Source: Pristiophorus japonicus (taxonomy: Eukaryota). From it: a stretch of 64,000 nucleotides of DNA. The stretch lies in contig NC_091992.1 of assembly GCF_044704955.1 (NCBI RefSeq), forward strand, positions 46,252,001 through 46,316,000, given 5' to 3'. Position numbers and translations under genes: made by a program. Positions within the stretch are counted from its first letter, which is position 1. Each line of letters begins with the position of its first letter. A model generated the notes under the pieces. That model did not search any database. It was not told the origin of the DNA and saw only the letters and a program-made list of their open reading frames with translations. Shown here piece after piece: positions 25,627 through 37,630 of this stretch.

Positions 25627-26228
25627 GGGCAAGAATTTCCACTGCATCGCCACCCGGTTTCTTGCTGGTATTGGTCGTTTTGGGCGAGAACTGGGTCGGT
25701 GAAAACTTTTACAACTGAGTTTCGCCGGCGGTTTCAAAGTACCGCTGGGGAGCAGACTGTCGGCATGCATGGTCCATAGACCGCCATCACCTAATTTTTG
25801 GCTCAGCGGTGACCTGTAGGTAAATTGAAAAAAAAATGCCCACGAGAAGCAGCGGAGCTGGGCGGTGCTGTGCGGTAGGTAAGTAGCCCTGCAAAAAAGT
25901 CTCTTGCAGTGAATAAAGTGAAAAGGGTCCTGAGAATGTTTTTCTGATTTTTTAGTTTACGTTTTAAAAAAATATATTTTTTGTGCTTTTCACCTCCTAG
26001 GCCCAACCCGCAGACTCGGTGTAAATTTTAGTAATTATCGTTCATTTTTTTTAAGGGCTGCCCAATCGGCCCAAGATTCCATTTTCTGCCGAGAATCGGG
26101 GTGCAAGGTCCATTTTTTTTCGCTGGGCAGATTCTTTTCCTTTTTTACTAGAATTTTTCGTCGGCGATAATTTGAGAATCTTAGCGGTAATCCGGCACTA
26201 GTGGATTTTTTTTTTGAAATTCTAGCCC
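25627..26228. mobile_element. Harbinger-type MITE
   Basis: TIRs GGGCAAGAATTTC / GAAATTCTAGCCC with a 3-bp TSD ATA on both sides. Confidence 0.78.
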
Positions 26229-26401
26229 ATAATGTTTAAACTTTAGTGATTCTTTGTGATTTATCACTCGACAGTACAATTGATGTTTTCCACATTAATG
26301 CAGGATATCTAACTAGCCCCTTAACATTGTTACCTAATTATACTGATCTGAATGGACACTTCGGAAACATTTCCAATCACAAGAATTCTTTCTTCATGCA
26401 G

Positions 26402-26483
26402 AAAAAAATACTTTCTATATTTCAACTGATCCAAACCAAGCCAATGTCTATACAAATATATTAATGAAAGCAGAGTTCAAAGG
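26402..26483 (+). other. Candidate 82-bp host-gene exon (KNTFYISTDPNQANVYTNILMKAEFK)
   Basis: Acceptor TTCTTTCTTCATGCAG, donor G|GTAAAA, one open frame, non-repetitive context; protein not recognised. Confidence 0.3.
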
Positions 26484-26807
26484 GTAAAAAAACACATGAG
26501 ACATTTCCTAATCACAAGGGAGGAAAAAAAGTGTTTCTAGGGCTTCCACCAAGGGGCAGAGCAGGTCCTGGGCCTGAATAGGTGCAGGCCCAGTGTTGTC
26601 ATTGGATTGAGGTGGGAGGGGGCATACCTGGCCCTCAAACCTCCATTTCATCTGCATGTGGCCCAGGGGTGCTCCTTTACAGTTCGGCCTCAGGAGGCTG
26701 GCAGTGGACCTGTTAGGAATAGGAGTTCAAAGCAGCCTTTGAACTCTGCTTTCATTAATATATTTGTATAGACATTGGCTTGGTTTGGATCAGTTGAAAT
26801 ATAGAAA
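26412..26807. repeat. Perfect 72-bp inverted repeat (26412-26483 and 26736-26807)
   Basis: Base-by-base reverse-complement identity with a 252-bp spacer. Confidence 0.95.
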
Positions 26808-27035
26808 TATAGAAAAAAACAGTCGGCCATTTGGCCCCTCGAGCCGGCTCTGCCATTCAATAAGATCATGGCTGATCTGATCTTGGCCTCAACTCCACTT
26901 TCCTGCCCGCTCCCTATAACCCTTGACTCCCTTATCGTTCAAAAATCTGTCTATCTCCACCTTAAATATATTCAATGACCCAGCCTCCACAGCTCTCTGG
27001 GGCAGAGAATTCCAAAGATTCACGACCCTCTGAGA
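26798..27035 (-). mobile_element. CR1 3' end fragment
   Basis: Tail (TTTCTATA)n on the minus strand followed by CR1 3' UTR (ggccatttggcccctcgagcc...gatcatggctgat). Confidence 0.85.
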
Positions 27036-27539
27036 CCTCCCTCAGATTGGAGGATCTGAGGGGGTCAGACAGCAAGGCAAAGAGGACCAAACAGGTAAGG
27101 GGCTAACTTTTCTCTTAACCATCCATCAGATTTTTGGGTCTGAGGCTTAATGGTTGCAGGCCCCTCAGGCCTACCTCCTATAATCAGAAATTCACCTTGT
27201 GTTCCTCCTTCAAACTCACTAAGAACTTCCAAAGTGTCTGTGACTGGACTGATGCTTGCTTGAAGTGGTGCAGAGTAATGAGGTGATTGTTGGTATCCCA
27301 GAGCAACCAGATTGTTCTTTCTGGGTTTGTGGCCTTTATGTTAATAAAGATGCTAGAACAGGAGTACAGGACACTCTTTAGAATACGGGGGGGAGATGGC
27401 CTGTGTTCTATGTATAATGAGTCATAAACCTCTTTACAAAGAACACATTTATGATTTTGCTACATCCAGTACACAGAGTAAATCTTCTGCCATTGTTGTC
27501 TCTGATTGTACCTGTTATGTTTCAAAAAGGAGCACAGAT

Positions 27540-28440
27540 GAAATATAGAGAATCAATAAAAAGAAACAAAATGGAAAAGTGCCTATATAAAAATAATCTA
27601 ATGCATGGCAGCCGACAAGGCTTTAGAAGGGTGGACTTTGCTTGACAAACTTCCAAGAATTTTTGGAAGAGGTGATAAATTGGCGGGGAGCTATATTATG
27701 CAGTGCACCTTGAATTTCAAAAGGCCTTTAATAAATATCACATCATTTTACAAACTAGCATTACGAGCTATCAAGGATAAAAAATTTATATTGATTAGTA
27801 ACTGGCTAAGAAATAGGAAACAGTGGGGAGCCAAGGAGAGCCGGACTGTAGTGGGGAGAGGTATTGAATGGAGCACCTCAGGATTTATGCTACAACCCCT
27901 CCTGTTTCTGGTGTACATACAGAACCCAAATTCTCAGTTTTAAGGCAAGGTCGTTAAATTCACAGACGACATCAAACTGGGAAGGTAGGGAGACTGTGAA
28001 CTCGCAAAGAAAATGTGACAAAGCTTACACATGGGCTGATCAGTGGCAAATAAAGTTCAATATGGACAAGTCCAAGATTCTGCATCATGGTCGTAAAGAT
28101 AGTAGGATCTTAGGGGCAGCTGATGAATGAGCAATGGATGAAATAGGTGTGAGAGGAGTTGATCGACGGATGAATGCAATGTTTGCCCCACAATAGCTGG
28201 AAGGATGTTTGGAAGAAAGTGTCCAATGAGGAAAGCGGTTTATTTAACACTGCTAGATGAGGATCTGATGGTCAGCTATCTCAGACCACTAAATGTAGGG
28301 AGCCAAGAAGGTAGCAGGTGTTAGCCATTTTCACAAAATGGATTGTTAACTTGAATGTAACAAGTTCCTTGCCAGAAGTAATGCAAATGTTTCAGAAGTA
28401 CCATAGGCTACAGAGCCCAGTATGGTGAAATGGAGCTGAT
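27540..28440 (+). mobile_element. Old, highly degenerate CR1 ORF2 fragment
   Basis: RQGFRR, NWLRNRKQ, GAPQ/LQPLLFLVYI and WADQWQIKFNMDKSKILH remnants in ORFs 27451-28130. Confidence 0.75.
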
Positions 28441-28542
28441 AAAGATTGTTCATTTATGGTCCCATAGAACTGGAAATTCTACCTGTCCTACGTTGAATGA
28501 GTTTGGACAATTTAAATCAATTCCCTGTGCATAAGGCCCCAC

Positions 28543-29445
28543 TCATCATAGGCAGTCCCTCGAAATCGAGGAAGACTTGCTTCCACCCCAAAAGTGAGTT
28601 CTCAGGTAACTGAACAGTCCAATATGGGAATTACAGTCTCTGTCACAGGTGGGACAGTCTTTGGAGGAAAGGGTGGGTGGGGAGTCTGGTTTGCCGCATG
28701 CTCCTTCTGCTGCCTGCGCTAGCTTTCTGCATGCTCTCGGCAACGAGACTCAAGGTGCTCAGAGCCCTCCCGGATGCTCTTCCTCCACTTAGGGCGGTCT
28801 TTGGCCAGGGACTCCCAGGTTTCGGTGGGGATGTTGCACTTTATCAAGGAGGCTTTGAGGGTGTTCTTGAAATGTTTCCTCTGCCTACCTGGGGCTCGCT
28901 TGCCATGTAGGAGTTCCGAGTAGAGCACTTGCTTTGGCAGCCTTGTGTCGGGCATGCGAACAATGTGGCCCGCCCAACGGAGCTGGTCGAGAGTGGTCAG
29001 TGCTTCGATGCTGGGGATGTTGGCCTGATCGAGAACACTGACGTTGGTGCGTCTGTCCTCCCACGGGATTTGCAGGATCTTGTGGAGACATCGTTGGTGG
29101 TATTTCTCCAGCGATTTGAGGTGTCTACTGTATATGGTCCATGCCTCTGAGCTATACAGGAGGGCGGGTATCACTACAGCCCTGTAGACCATAAGCTTGG
29201 TGCCAGATTTGAGGGCCTGATCTTCGAACACTTTCTTCCTTAGGTGACCGAAGGCTGCGCTGGCACACTGGAGGCAGTGTTGGACCTCTTCGTCGATGTC
29301 TGCCCTTGCTGATAATAGGCTCCAGAGATATGGAAAGTGATCCACGTTGTCCAAGGCCGCGCCGTGGATTTTGATGACTGGGGGGGCAGTGCTGTGTGGC
29401 GGGATCAGGTTGGTGGAGGACCTTTGTCTTACGGCTGTTTAGCGT
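28543..29445 (-). mobile_element. RTE-clade LINE, 5'-truncated
   Basis: ORF 28719-29354 has F.YL.S.LS, TKLMVYRAVVIPALLY.SEAW, QLRWAGHIVRMPD.RLPK..LY.EL, followed by a CPTC...H zinc finger and an ATGATG-type tail. Confidence 0.93.
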
Positions 29446-30111
29446 CCCACTAATTAGAAAGGAAGTACCCCAAGTTCAGCATTAATGGCAATCTCAGTAG
29501 AAAATATCACTATGCTGGGGCAGTGGAGGGTAAATTCTGGGTTTGGGGGTTGAAGCGCATTTTTAGGACAAGGAGGAGGCCTGACTGGGTGAGCTTGATG
29601 CTGAAAATGGGTAAGAAGATGGTAAGAGATCCACTCCCAGCAATGGTATCCTTCACCTCTGAGCACAAATATTAAGGTATAAAAAAGTTACATCTGAAAA
29701 AAGACTTCTCCATCAAAAATAAGTTTCAATAATAGATTTTGTGTTGGCATAAAAATACAGAGTCAATCCTAACCCTAAATGGAACTGACTCAAACAGGAG
29801 CTTCCTCACTGCATCAGAAAGAATAAATTAAATGCTCCTATGGGCTTCTGTCAGCCCTACTTAACATTTCTTGTTGATTCCATGAAGTGTTCATAAGCAT
29901 CTTGACAGAAAACCCACTGATGCAGATGATGGGATTAGTCTCGAGACACAATTTGGGGATTAACTATAAATGAAAAAAGAACACCAGTAAAATATTCATG
30001 TGTTGCTGTCTAACATCTCTTTGATTATACAGAGACAGTATTGCCAACCCCACCACCTCATATATCAGGAGGCAAACTTGTAAAAATCAGGAGGTTTGGT
30101 ATAGAAATTAT

Positions 30112-30640
30112 GGGGGTGAAATTGCCCTTTTTTATAGCCCCCAGTGCCTCCGGAGGGCGCTAATATTGCGCAATGAGGTAATCACCTGGGGGAAGGGGTC
30201 GATAGTGCCTCCAGAGATAATTGCCTCGGAGATTTGGGGGGTGGCCCAGGTGGCCCAGTGGCGGCCACCAACGTGACTGCCGAGCGCGCAGCGGCCCTCC
30301 CCTTTAACTGAAGGGCAAGGCGTCCTGCTGCGTCATCGCGACGCGGAGCACTGTACAGTGCTGATGTTTCCGCTGGGGGCTCTGAAGGATAGCGCTGGGC
30401 CCAGCACTGCTCTTCTGGCCTGGGAGCTCCACTGCACGGAGGCAGAGTGCCTCCGATAGCGCTCCACCTCCGTAGATGGGCAGAAGGCCAATAAATGTCC
30501 CGGCCCCGGAAGGTTACTGCCTCCAAACAGGGAATGGGGTGATTTTTCCTCTTGTGAGCTGCTATTCGTTTCACGACTCAACCCCTCGCTGACCTTTGCT
30601 TCCAGACAGGAAGCGCATTCCGCGACCATTAGCTCCCAGA
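30112..30640. mobile_element. GC-rich Harbinger-type MITE fragment
   Basis: Starts with a GGGGGTGAAATTG TIR-like end resembling the other MITEs; no partner end found. Confidence 0.4.
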
Positions 30641-30707
30641 CGGAAAGTGCGTGCGCTCTTATCAACAAAATCACTGGGCAAAGACTTAATGCATCACTTG
30701 CTACAAT

Positions 30708-32456
30708 GGGCTGGATTCTCGGATAATTTGCACTCCATTTAGCGCCTGAGTGGGGCGCAAAAATGATATTTTGGGGCGTGAAACGAGGTGCACAACATTT
30801 TGCGCCCGGGCGGAACTGTCGCCAATGGTTTTATGCGGCGCTAAAACTTACCGCCTTGCCGCTGTTTTGACCATTGGGATGACGTAAATCGTCACGGGAG
30901 GAACTTTCGAGCATTTTACCCAATTTAGCGTCCCCCCGAGAATCCGCCCAGAAAAACCAGGTGGACCCAGGGTGCACCAGACACTAACGCCGCCATGTTC
31001 AAAGCGAAGGAGAAAGTCCCAGTTGTGAGTGATTAAACGGATTGGGAGAAGAATCTGCATTACTGCATACTTTTCATTGTGAAGTTTATATGAGTTTCTA
31101 ATTTGTTTTATAAGGGACATTTAAGGACATTTTAAAAGATGGGGGCCATGCTAGGTCGGGAGCCAATAATCCTGGCTGCTATATTCATACGGCTTCGAGC
31201 TGGAAGAAGGCTTATTGTTGATCATTTGCAACGTTAGCAAAGAGGTCGCAGACGTATGGGGAGGAGGCCTTACCCCCCCCCACGAGTTTACAAGGAACAT
31301 CGCTCATACCTCCAGCTTTCTGAGACCCATTGCGTTAGAAGGCTGCGCTTCTGAAAAGAGGTGGTCACAGAGATATGCCAGCTCATACAGGCAGATCTAC
31401 AGCCTACCAGCGGCAACAGGACTACACTGCCCGTCGAGATGAAGGTGACTGTGGCGCTTGCCTTCTATGCCTCCAGCTCCTTTCAGGCATCAGCGTGGGA
31501 CATATGTTCCAACTCGTAGCACGCTACACATTGCTGCATTTGCCAGGTGGCTAATGCACTGTATGCATGCAGAATGAACTTCATAAACTTCCCAATGACC
31601 AGGGAGACCCAAAATGAGAGGGCTGTAGGTTTTGGACGATTTGCTGGCTTCCCCAAGGTTCAGGGTGCCCTTGACTGTACGCACATCGACCTGCGAGCAT
31701 CTTTAGAGAATCCAGAGGTTTTCCGAAACCGAAAGGGATTCCACTCTGTGACCATACTCCACGCATCATGACAGTCAATACCCAGGGAGCATCCATGATA
31801 CTTTCATCTTGCATGAGAGCAGTGTCTCACGCATGTTCCAGCATCAGCCACAAGGCCAGAGCTGCGTGCTCGGGGACAAAGGTTACAGCCTCGCCAACTG
31901 GCTCATAACCCCCCTCCTGAACACTCAGACAGAAGACGAGCATCGCTATAATGAGAGCCATCCAGCCACACGCAACATCGTCGAACAGACAGTTGGAGTG
32001 CTCAAGCAGCATTTCCGATGCCTGAACCACTCTGGAGGCTGCCTACAATACTCCCCTCAGCAGGTCTCTAAGGTCATTGTGGTGTGCTGCATGCTACACA
32101 ACTTAGCAATCATGAGGGGACCAGAATTGCCAATGGGGATTGCAGGACCACCTCAGGAGAAATGGAGAGAGGAGGAGGAGGAGGAGAAAGACGAGGAAGA
32201 GGAGCCTGGTGAGGAACCCATGCCACCACCCCCACCACAACCACAGGAGAGGCATCATAGAGATTTCGCCGCTGCAAAAGCCTTACGTCGGCAGCTCATA
32301 ATTGAACGCTTTGCTTAAAGAGTGAACGGTACGTTTGAACGTTGCCTGGCCACTCTATCCCACCATGTTGACTATTCCCCCTCTTATTCTGCAAAAGAGA
32401 CACTACACAGGAATGGTTAAGGTGAAGAAAAAATGTATTGAATATTGTAATATTGT
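30708..32456 (+). mobile_element. PIF/Harbinger transposon, left part (TIR plus transposase), truncated by a Gypsy insertion
   Basis: AAT|GGGCTGGATTCTCGG terminus followed by the transposase gene. Confidence 0.8.
31139..32318 (+). pseudogene. Harbinger (HARBI1-family) DDE transposase pseudogene
   Basis: KVTVALAFYASSSFQ, AGFPKVQGALDCTHI, RNRKGFHS, YPGSIHD, LGDKGY, RNIVEQTVGVLK.HFRCL, VCCMLHN and an acidic tail; stops and frameshifts present. Confidence 0.93.
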
Positions 32457-32703
32457 TGATATGTCCTTACTATACAGCATAAATGCACACGAGGCCCATA
32501 CTTGAGAGAAGGTCACTCTGTGACCAGCTACCTTTATTACCAAGATCTCAAGTGATGAAGGTGGGTGGAGCTTCCCCTTTTATACCTGAAAGTCCAGGTT
32601 AGGAGTGTCTCCCACAAGTTCACCCCCTTGTGGTCAATGTTCTCAAGGTGTACAACATAGGTCGGCTTATACATGAGTTACAATGATAGTTGAATACATG
32701 ACA
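32457..32703 (-). repeat. 3' LTR (TG...CA), 247 bp
   Basis: Homologous to the 21014/25061 LTRs; PPT adjacent at 32704-32716. Confidence 0.9.
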
Positions 32704-33519
32704 TCACCTCCCTCCCAAAGTCTTATTGGGATCACAGGTTAAGTCTCTCTGGTGGTTTACGCTCCCTTGTAGAGCGTCTGAGTTGGGGCTCCGAATGTTG
32801 GGCCTGGCCTGAGTGTCTGCTGTTTGCGGTGCCTCAGGCCTGTCCGGACTGCCCACAGTGACTGGGCTCTCCTCCACTTGGTTCCGGTGTTTGGTCACCG
32901 GTGGTGGAGTAAACTCTGCGTCGTGTTCTTCCTCTGCTTCTTCTATGGGGTTGCTGAACCTCCTTTTAGTTTGATCCGCATGTTTGCGGCAGATTTGTCC
33001 ATTGGTAAGTTTAACTACCAAAACCCTATTCCCCTCTTTGGCAATCACAGTGCCTACAAGCCATTTGGGCCCTGCAGCGTAATTAAGGACAAAAACAGGG
33101 TAATTGACATCAATACATCGTGCCCTCGCATTCCTGTCATGGTAGTCACATTGTGACTGACGCCTGCTCTCAACAATTTCTTTCATGGTAGGGTGTATAA
33201 GGGATAACCTGGTTTTGAGCATCCTTTTCATTAGCAGCTCTGCGGGTGGAACCCCTGTGAGCAAGTGTGGTCGGGATCTATTGGCTAACAGGAGGCATGA
33301 TAAGTGGCTTTGTAGGGAACCCCTTTGGATTCTGAGCATACCCTGTTTGATTATCTGCACTGCTCGTTCTGCCTGGCCGTTTGAGGCCGGCTTGAACGGT
33401 GCCGTTCTGACCTGGTTGATTCCATTGCCCGCCATGAAGTCCTGGAATTCAGTGCTTGTGAAGCACGGGCCATTGTCGCTGACCAAGACATCCGGTAGAC
33501 CAAGGACGGCGAACATTGC

Positions 33520-36500
33520 AGTTCGGGAGTGTTTAAACTAATATGGCAGGGGGATGGGAACCTATGCAGTGAGACAGGGTAAAGTAATATGGAGTCAGAA
33601 ACAGATGGTAGAAAGGTAAAAATCAATAGTGGAAGGCCGAGTAAACAAAGGCAATAAACAAAAAGGGCCACACTACATCATAATTCTAAAGGGATAAAGG
33701 GTGTTAAAAAAACAAGCCTGAAGGCTTTGAGTCTTAATGCAAGGAGTATCCGTAATAAAGTGGATGAATTAACTGTGCAAATAGATGTTAACCGATATGA
33801 TGTGATTGGGATTACAGAGATGTGGCTCCAGGATGATCAGGGAACTCACATCCAAGGGTATTCAACATTCAGGAAGGATAGAATAAAAGGAAAAGGAAGT
33901 GGGGTAGCATTGCTGGTTAAAGAGGAGATTAATGCAATAGTTAGGAAGGACATTAGCTTGGATGATGTGGAATCTATATCGGTAGAGTTGCAGAACACCA
34001 AAGGGCAAAAAACATTAGTGGGAGTTGTGTACAGACCTCCAAACAGTAGTAGTGATGTTGGGAGGGCATCAAACAGGAAATTAGGAGTGCATGTAATAAA
34101 GGTGCAGCAGTTATCATGGGTGACTTTAATATGCATATAGATTGGGCTAACCAAACTAGAAGCAATACAGTGGAGGAGGATTTCCTGGAGTGCATAATGG
34201 ATGGTTTTCTAGACCAATATGTCGAGGAACCAACTAGGGGGGAGGCCATCTTAGACTGGGTGTTGTGTAATGAGAGAGGATTAATTAGCAATCTCGTTGT
34301 GCAAGGCCCCTTGGGGAAGAGTGACCATAATATGGTGGAATTCTACATTAGGATGGAGAATGAAACAGTTAATTCAGAGACCATGGTCCAGAACTTAAAG
34401 AAGGGTAACTTTGAAGGTATGAGGCGTGAATTGGCTAGGATAGATTGGCGAATGATACTTAAGGGGTTGACAGTGGATGGGCAATGGCAGACATTTAGAG
34501 ACCGCATGGATGAACTACAACAATTGTACATCCCTGTCTGGCGTAAAAATAAAAAAGGGAAGGTGGCTCAACCGTGGCTATCAAGGGAAATCAGGGATAG
34601 TATTAAAGCCAAGGAAGTGGCATACAAATTGACCAGAAATAGCAGCGAACCCGGGGACTGGGAGAAATTTAGAACTCAGCAGAGGAGGACAAAGGGTTTG
34701 ATTAGGGTAGGGAAAATAGAGTACGAGAGGAAGCTTGCAGGGAACATTAAGATGGACTGCAAAAGCTTCGATAGATATGTAAAGAGAAAAACGTTAGTAA
34801 AGACAAACGTAGGTCCCTTGCAGTCAGAATCAGGATAAGTCATAACGAGGAACAAAGAAATGGCAGACCAATTGAACAAGTACTTTGGTTCGGTATTCAC
34901 TAAGGAAGACACAAACAACCTTCCAGCTATAAAAAGGGTTAGAAGGTATAGTAAGAAGGAGGAACTGAGGGAAATCCTTATTAGTCGGCAAATTGTGTTG
35001 GGGAAATTGATGGGATTGAAGGCCGATAAATCCCCAGGGCCTGATGGACTGCATCCCAGAGTACTTAAGGAGGTGGCCTTGGAAATAGCGGATGCATTGA
35101 CAGTCATTTTCCAACATTCCATAGACTCTGGATCAGTTCCTATGGAGTGGAGGTTAGCCAATGTAACGCCAATTTTTAAAAAAGGAGGGAGAGAGAAAGC
35201 AGGGATTTATAGACCGGTCAGCCTGACATCGGTAGTGGGTAAAATGATGGAATCAATTATTAAGGATGTCATAGCAGCGCATTTGGAAAGAGGTGACATG
35301 ATAGGTCCAAGTCAACATGGATTTGTGAAAGAGAAATCATGCTTGACAAATCTTCTGGAATTTTTTGAGGATGTTTCCAGTGGAGTGGACAAGGGAGAAC
35401 CAGTTGATGTGGTGTATTTGGACTTTCAGAAGGCTTTCGACAAGGTCCCACACAAGAGATTAATGTGCAAAGTTAAAGCACATGGGATTGGGGGTAGTGT
35501 GGTGACGTGGATTGAGAACTGGTTGGCAGACAGGAAGCAAAGAGTAGGAGTAAATGGGTACTTTTCAGAATGGCAGGCAGTGATTAGTGGGGTACCGCAA
35601 GGTTCTGTGCTGGGGCCCCAGCTGTTTACATTGTACATTAATGATTTAGACAAGGGGATTAAATGTAGTATCTCCAAATTTGCGGATGACACTAAGTTGG
35701 GTGGCAGTGTGAGCTGCGAGGAGGATGCTATGAGGCTGCAGAGTGACTTGGATAGGTTAGGTGAGTGGGCAAATGCATGGCAGATGAAGTATAATGTGGA
35801 TAAATGTGAGGTTATCCACTTTGGTGGTAAAAACAGAGAGACAGACTATTATCTGAATGGTGACACATTAGGAAAAAGGGAGGTGCTGGTTGTCATGGTA
35901 TATCAGTCATTGAAGGTTGGCATGCAGGTACAGCAGGCGGTTAAGAAAGCAAATGGCATGTTGGCCTTCATACCGAGGGGATTTGAGTACAGGGGCAGGG
36001 AGGTGTTACTACAGTTGTACAAGGCCTTGGTGAAGCCACACCTGGAGTATTGTGTACAGTTTTGGTCTCCTAACTTGAGGAAGGACATTCTTGCTATTGA
36101 GGGAGTGCAGCGAAGGTTCACCAGATTGATTCCCGGGATGGCGGGACTGACATATCAAGAAAGATTGGATCAACTGGGCTTGTATTCACTGGAGTTCAGA
36201 AGAATGAGAGGGGATCTCATAGAAACGTTTAAAATTCTGACGGGTTTAGACAGGTTAGATGCAGGAAGAATGTTCCCAATGTTGGGGAAGTCTAGAACCA
36301 GGGGTCAGAGTCTAAGGATAAGGGGTAAGCTATTTAGGACCGAGATGAGGAGAAACTTCTTCACCCAGATAGTGGTGACACTGTGGAATTCTCTACCACA
36401 GAAAGTTGTTGAGGCCAATTCACTAAATATATTCAAAAAGGAGTTAGATGTAGTCCTTACTACTAGGGGGATCAAGGGGTACGGCGAGAAAGCAGGAATG

Positions 36501-36607
36501 GGGTACTGACGTTACATGTTCAGCCATGAACTCATTGAATGGCGGTGCAGGCTCAAAGAGCCGAATGGCCTACTCCTGCACCTATTTTCTATGTTTCTAT
36601 GTTTCTA
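33520..36607 (+). mobile_element. CR1 LINE, 3.1 kb, with nearly complete ORF2 (APE endonuclease plus RT) and 3' UTR
   Basis: ORFs 33727-34140 (LNARSI, GITE.W, VYRPP), 34116-34838 (MGDFN, SDH) and 34860-36509 (PQGSVLGP, KFADD); tail (TTTCTATG)n. Confidence 0.97.
33727..36509 (+). pseudogene. CR1 ORF2 pseudogene; the 549-aa RT segment is still open
   Basis: A frameshift near 34070 and an in-frame stop at 34836-34838 separate the APE, linker and RT segments. Confidence 0.92.
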
Positions 36608-37434
36608 GACTTTCTACCGTGGCAGAGGATGTGCTTAAATTTAAAATGGCACACTCAATCCATTTGGAGTGGGCGTCTACGACAACCAAAATTATTTTTC
36701 CCATGAAAGGACCTGCGTAGTCCACATGGATGCGTGACTATGGCTTGACGGGCCAGGACCAGGGGCTAAGGGGGGCTTTCCTGGGTGCGTTGCCCAGCTG
36801 AGCACACGTGTTACACCTGCGAACACAAAGTTCCAGGTCTGCATCTATCCCTGGCCACCAAACGTGTGAGCTGGCAATTGCCTTCATCATGACAATGCCC
36901 GGCTGCTCTTTGTGAAGTTCTCTGATAAACACCTCTCTGCCCTTCTCGGGCATGACTACTCGGTTTCCCCACAGTAGGCAATCGGCCTGAATCGAGAGTT
37001 CATCGGGTGATGTTATGGAGATGGAAATAGGTGAATGTTGAACTGGAATAATACCGAACATCAATAAAATCATCTATTTCGGGAAGTGGTGGTGTAACCA
37101 CAGAGTTATGTGAATATTTATTTATTTTTTAATGCTGCTAAAGGGTTTGCGCAACACTTGGAGTCATTTGTAACAGATTTGACTTCGAACTTTTAAATTT
37201 GGGTAGAAAACTGCAAATCGGTGCATATTTATTTTGCGCGTGTGCAAATCGCCATTTTTTTCGACCCCTAAAAATCCTGAGATTTAGGCGTTCCATTGTG
37301 AGATCGCGAGTGATGCTTTATTCACTCAAAATCGCGAGAGTTTGGAATTCTGGAGAAGATCTGTTTCCTTTGTAACTGAGAAAGAACTCGCGTCCCTTAG
37401 TAATGGAGTGAGGCTAGTTTTTGGGTAGCTAGAG

Positions 37435-37630
37435 AGGGAGGGTTAACATCTGTGGTTATGGAGGGAGGGTGAATACCTGTGGTTATGGAGGGAAGGCTCA
37501 CATCTCTGGTTATAAAGAGAGGGTTGATATCTGTGATTGTGCAGGGAGATCGAATATCTGTGGTTATGGAGGGAATGCTAATATCTGTGGTTATGGAGGG
37601 AATGCTAATATCTGTGGTTATGGAGGGAGA
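37435..37630. repeat. 27-bp minisatellite, about 7 copies (ATCTGTGGTTATGGAGGGAATGCTAAT)
   Basis: Tandem units, seen as ISVVMEGML repeats in ORF 37479-37760. Confidence 0.9.

Larger units (their letters stand above)
32457..37004 (-). mobile_element. Gypsy element 3' portion (integrase plus 3' LTR), same family as 21014-25307, interrupted by a CR1
   Basis: LTR 32457-32703 aligns to 21014-21260; integrase ORFs 32704-33516 and 36738-37004 region (ELSIQADCLLWG...HVWWPG). Confidence 0.93.

Noticed and set aside
31139-32318. Domesticated host gene HARBI1
   Set aside because: It has stops, frameshifts and an adjacent TIR, so it is a dead transposon copy.
34860-36509. 549-aa ORF as a functional gene
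   Set aside because: It is the RT portion of CR1 ORF2, cut off from its endonuclease by a stop and a frameshift, and it carries a small internal deletion.
30036-37352. hAT element enclosing the whole nest (CAGTATTGCCAAC ... GTTTGGAATTCTG)
   Set aside because: Only 11 of 15 terminal bases match and the 8-bp flanks (TACAGAGA versus GAGAAGAT) are not duplicated.
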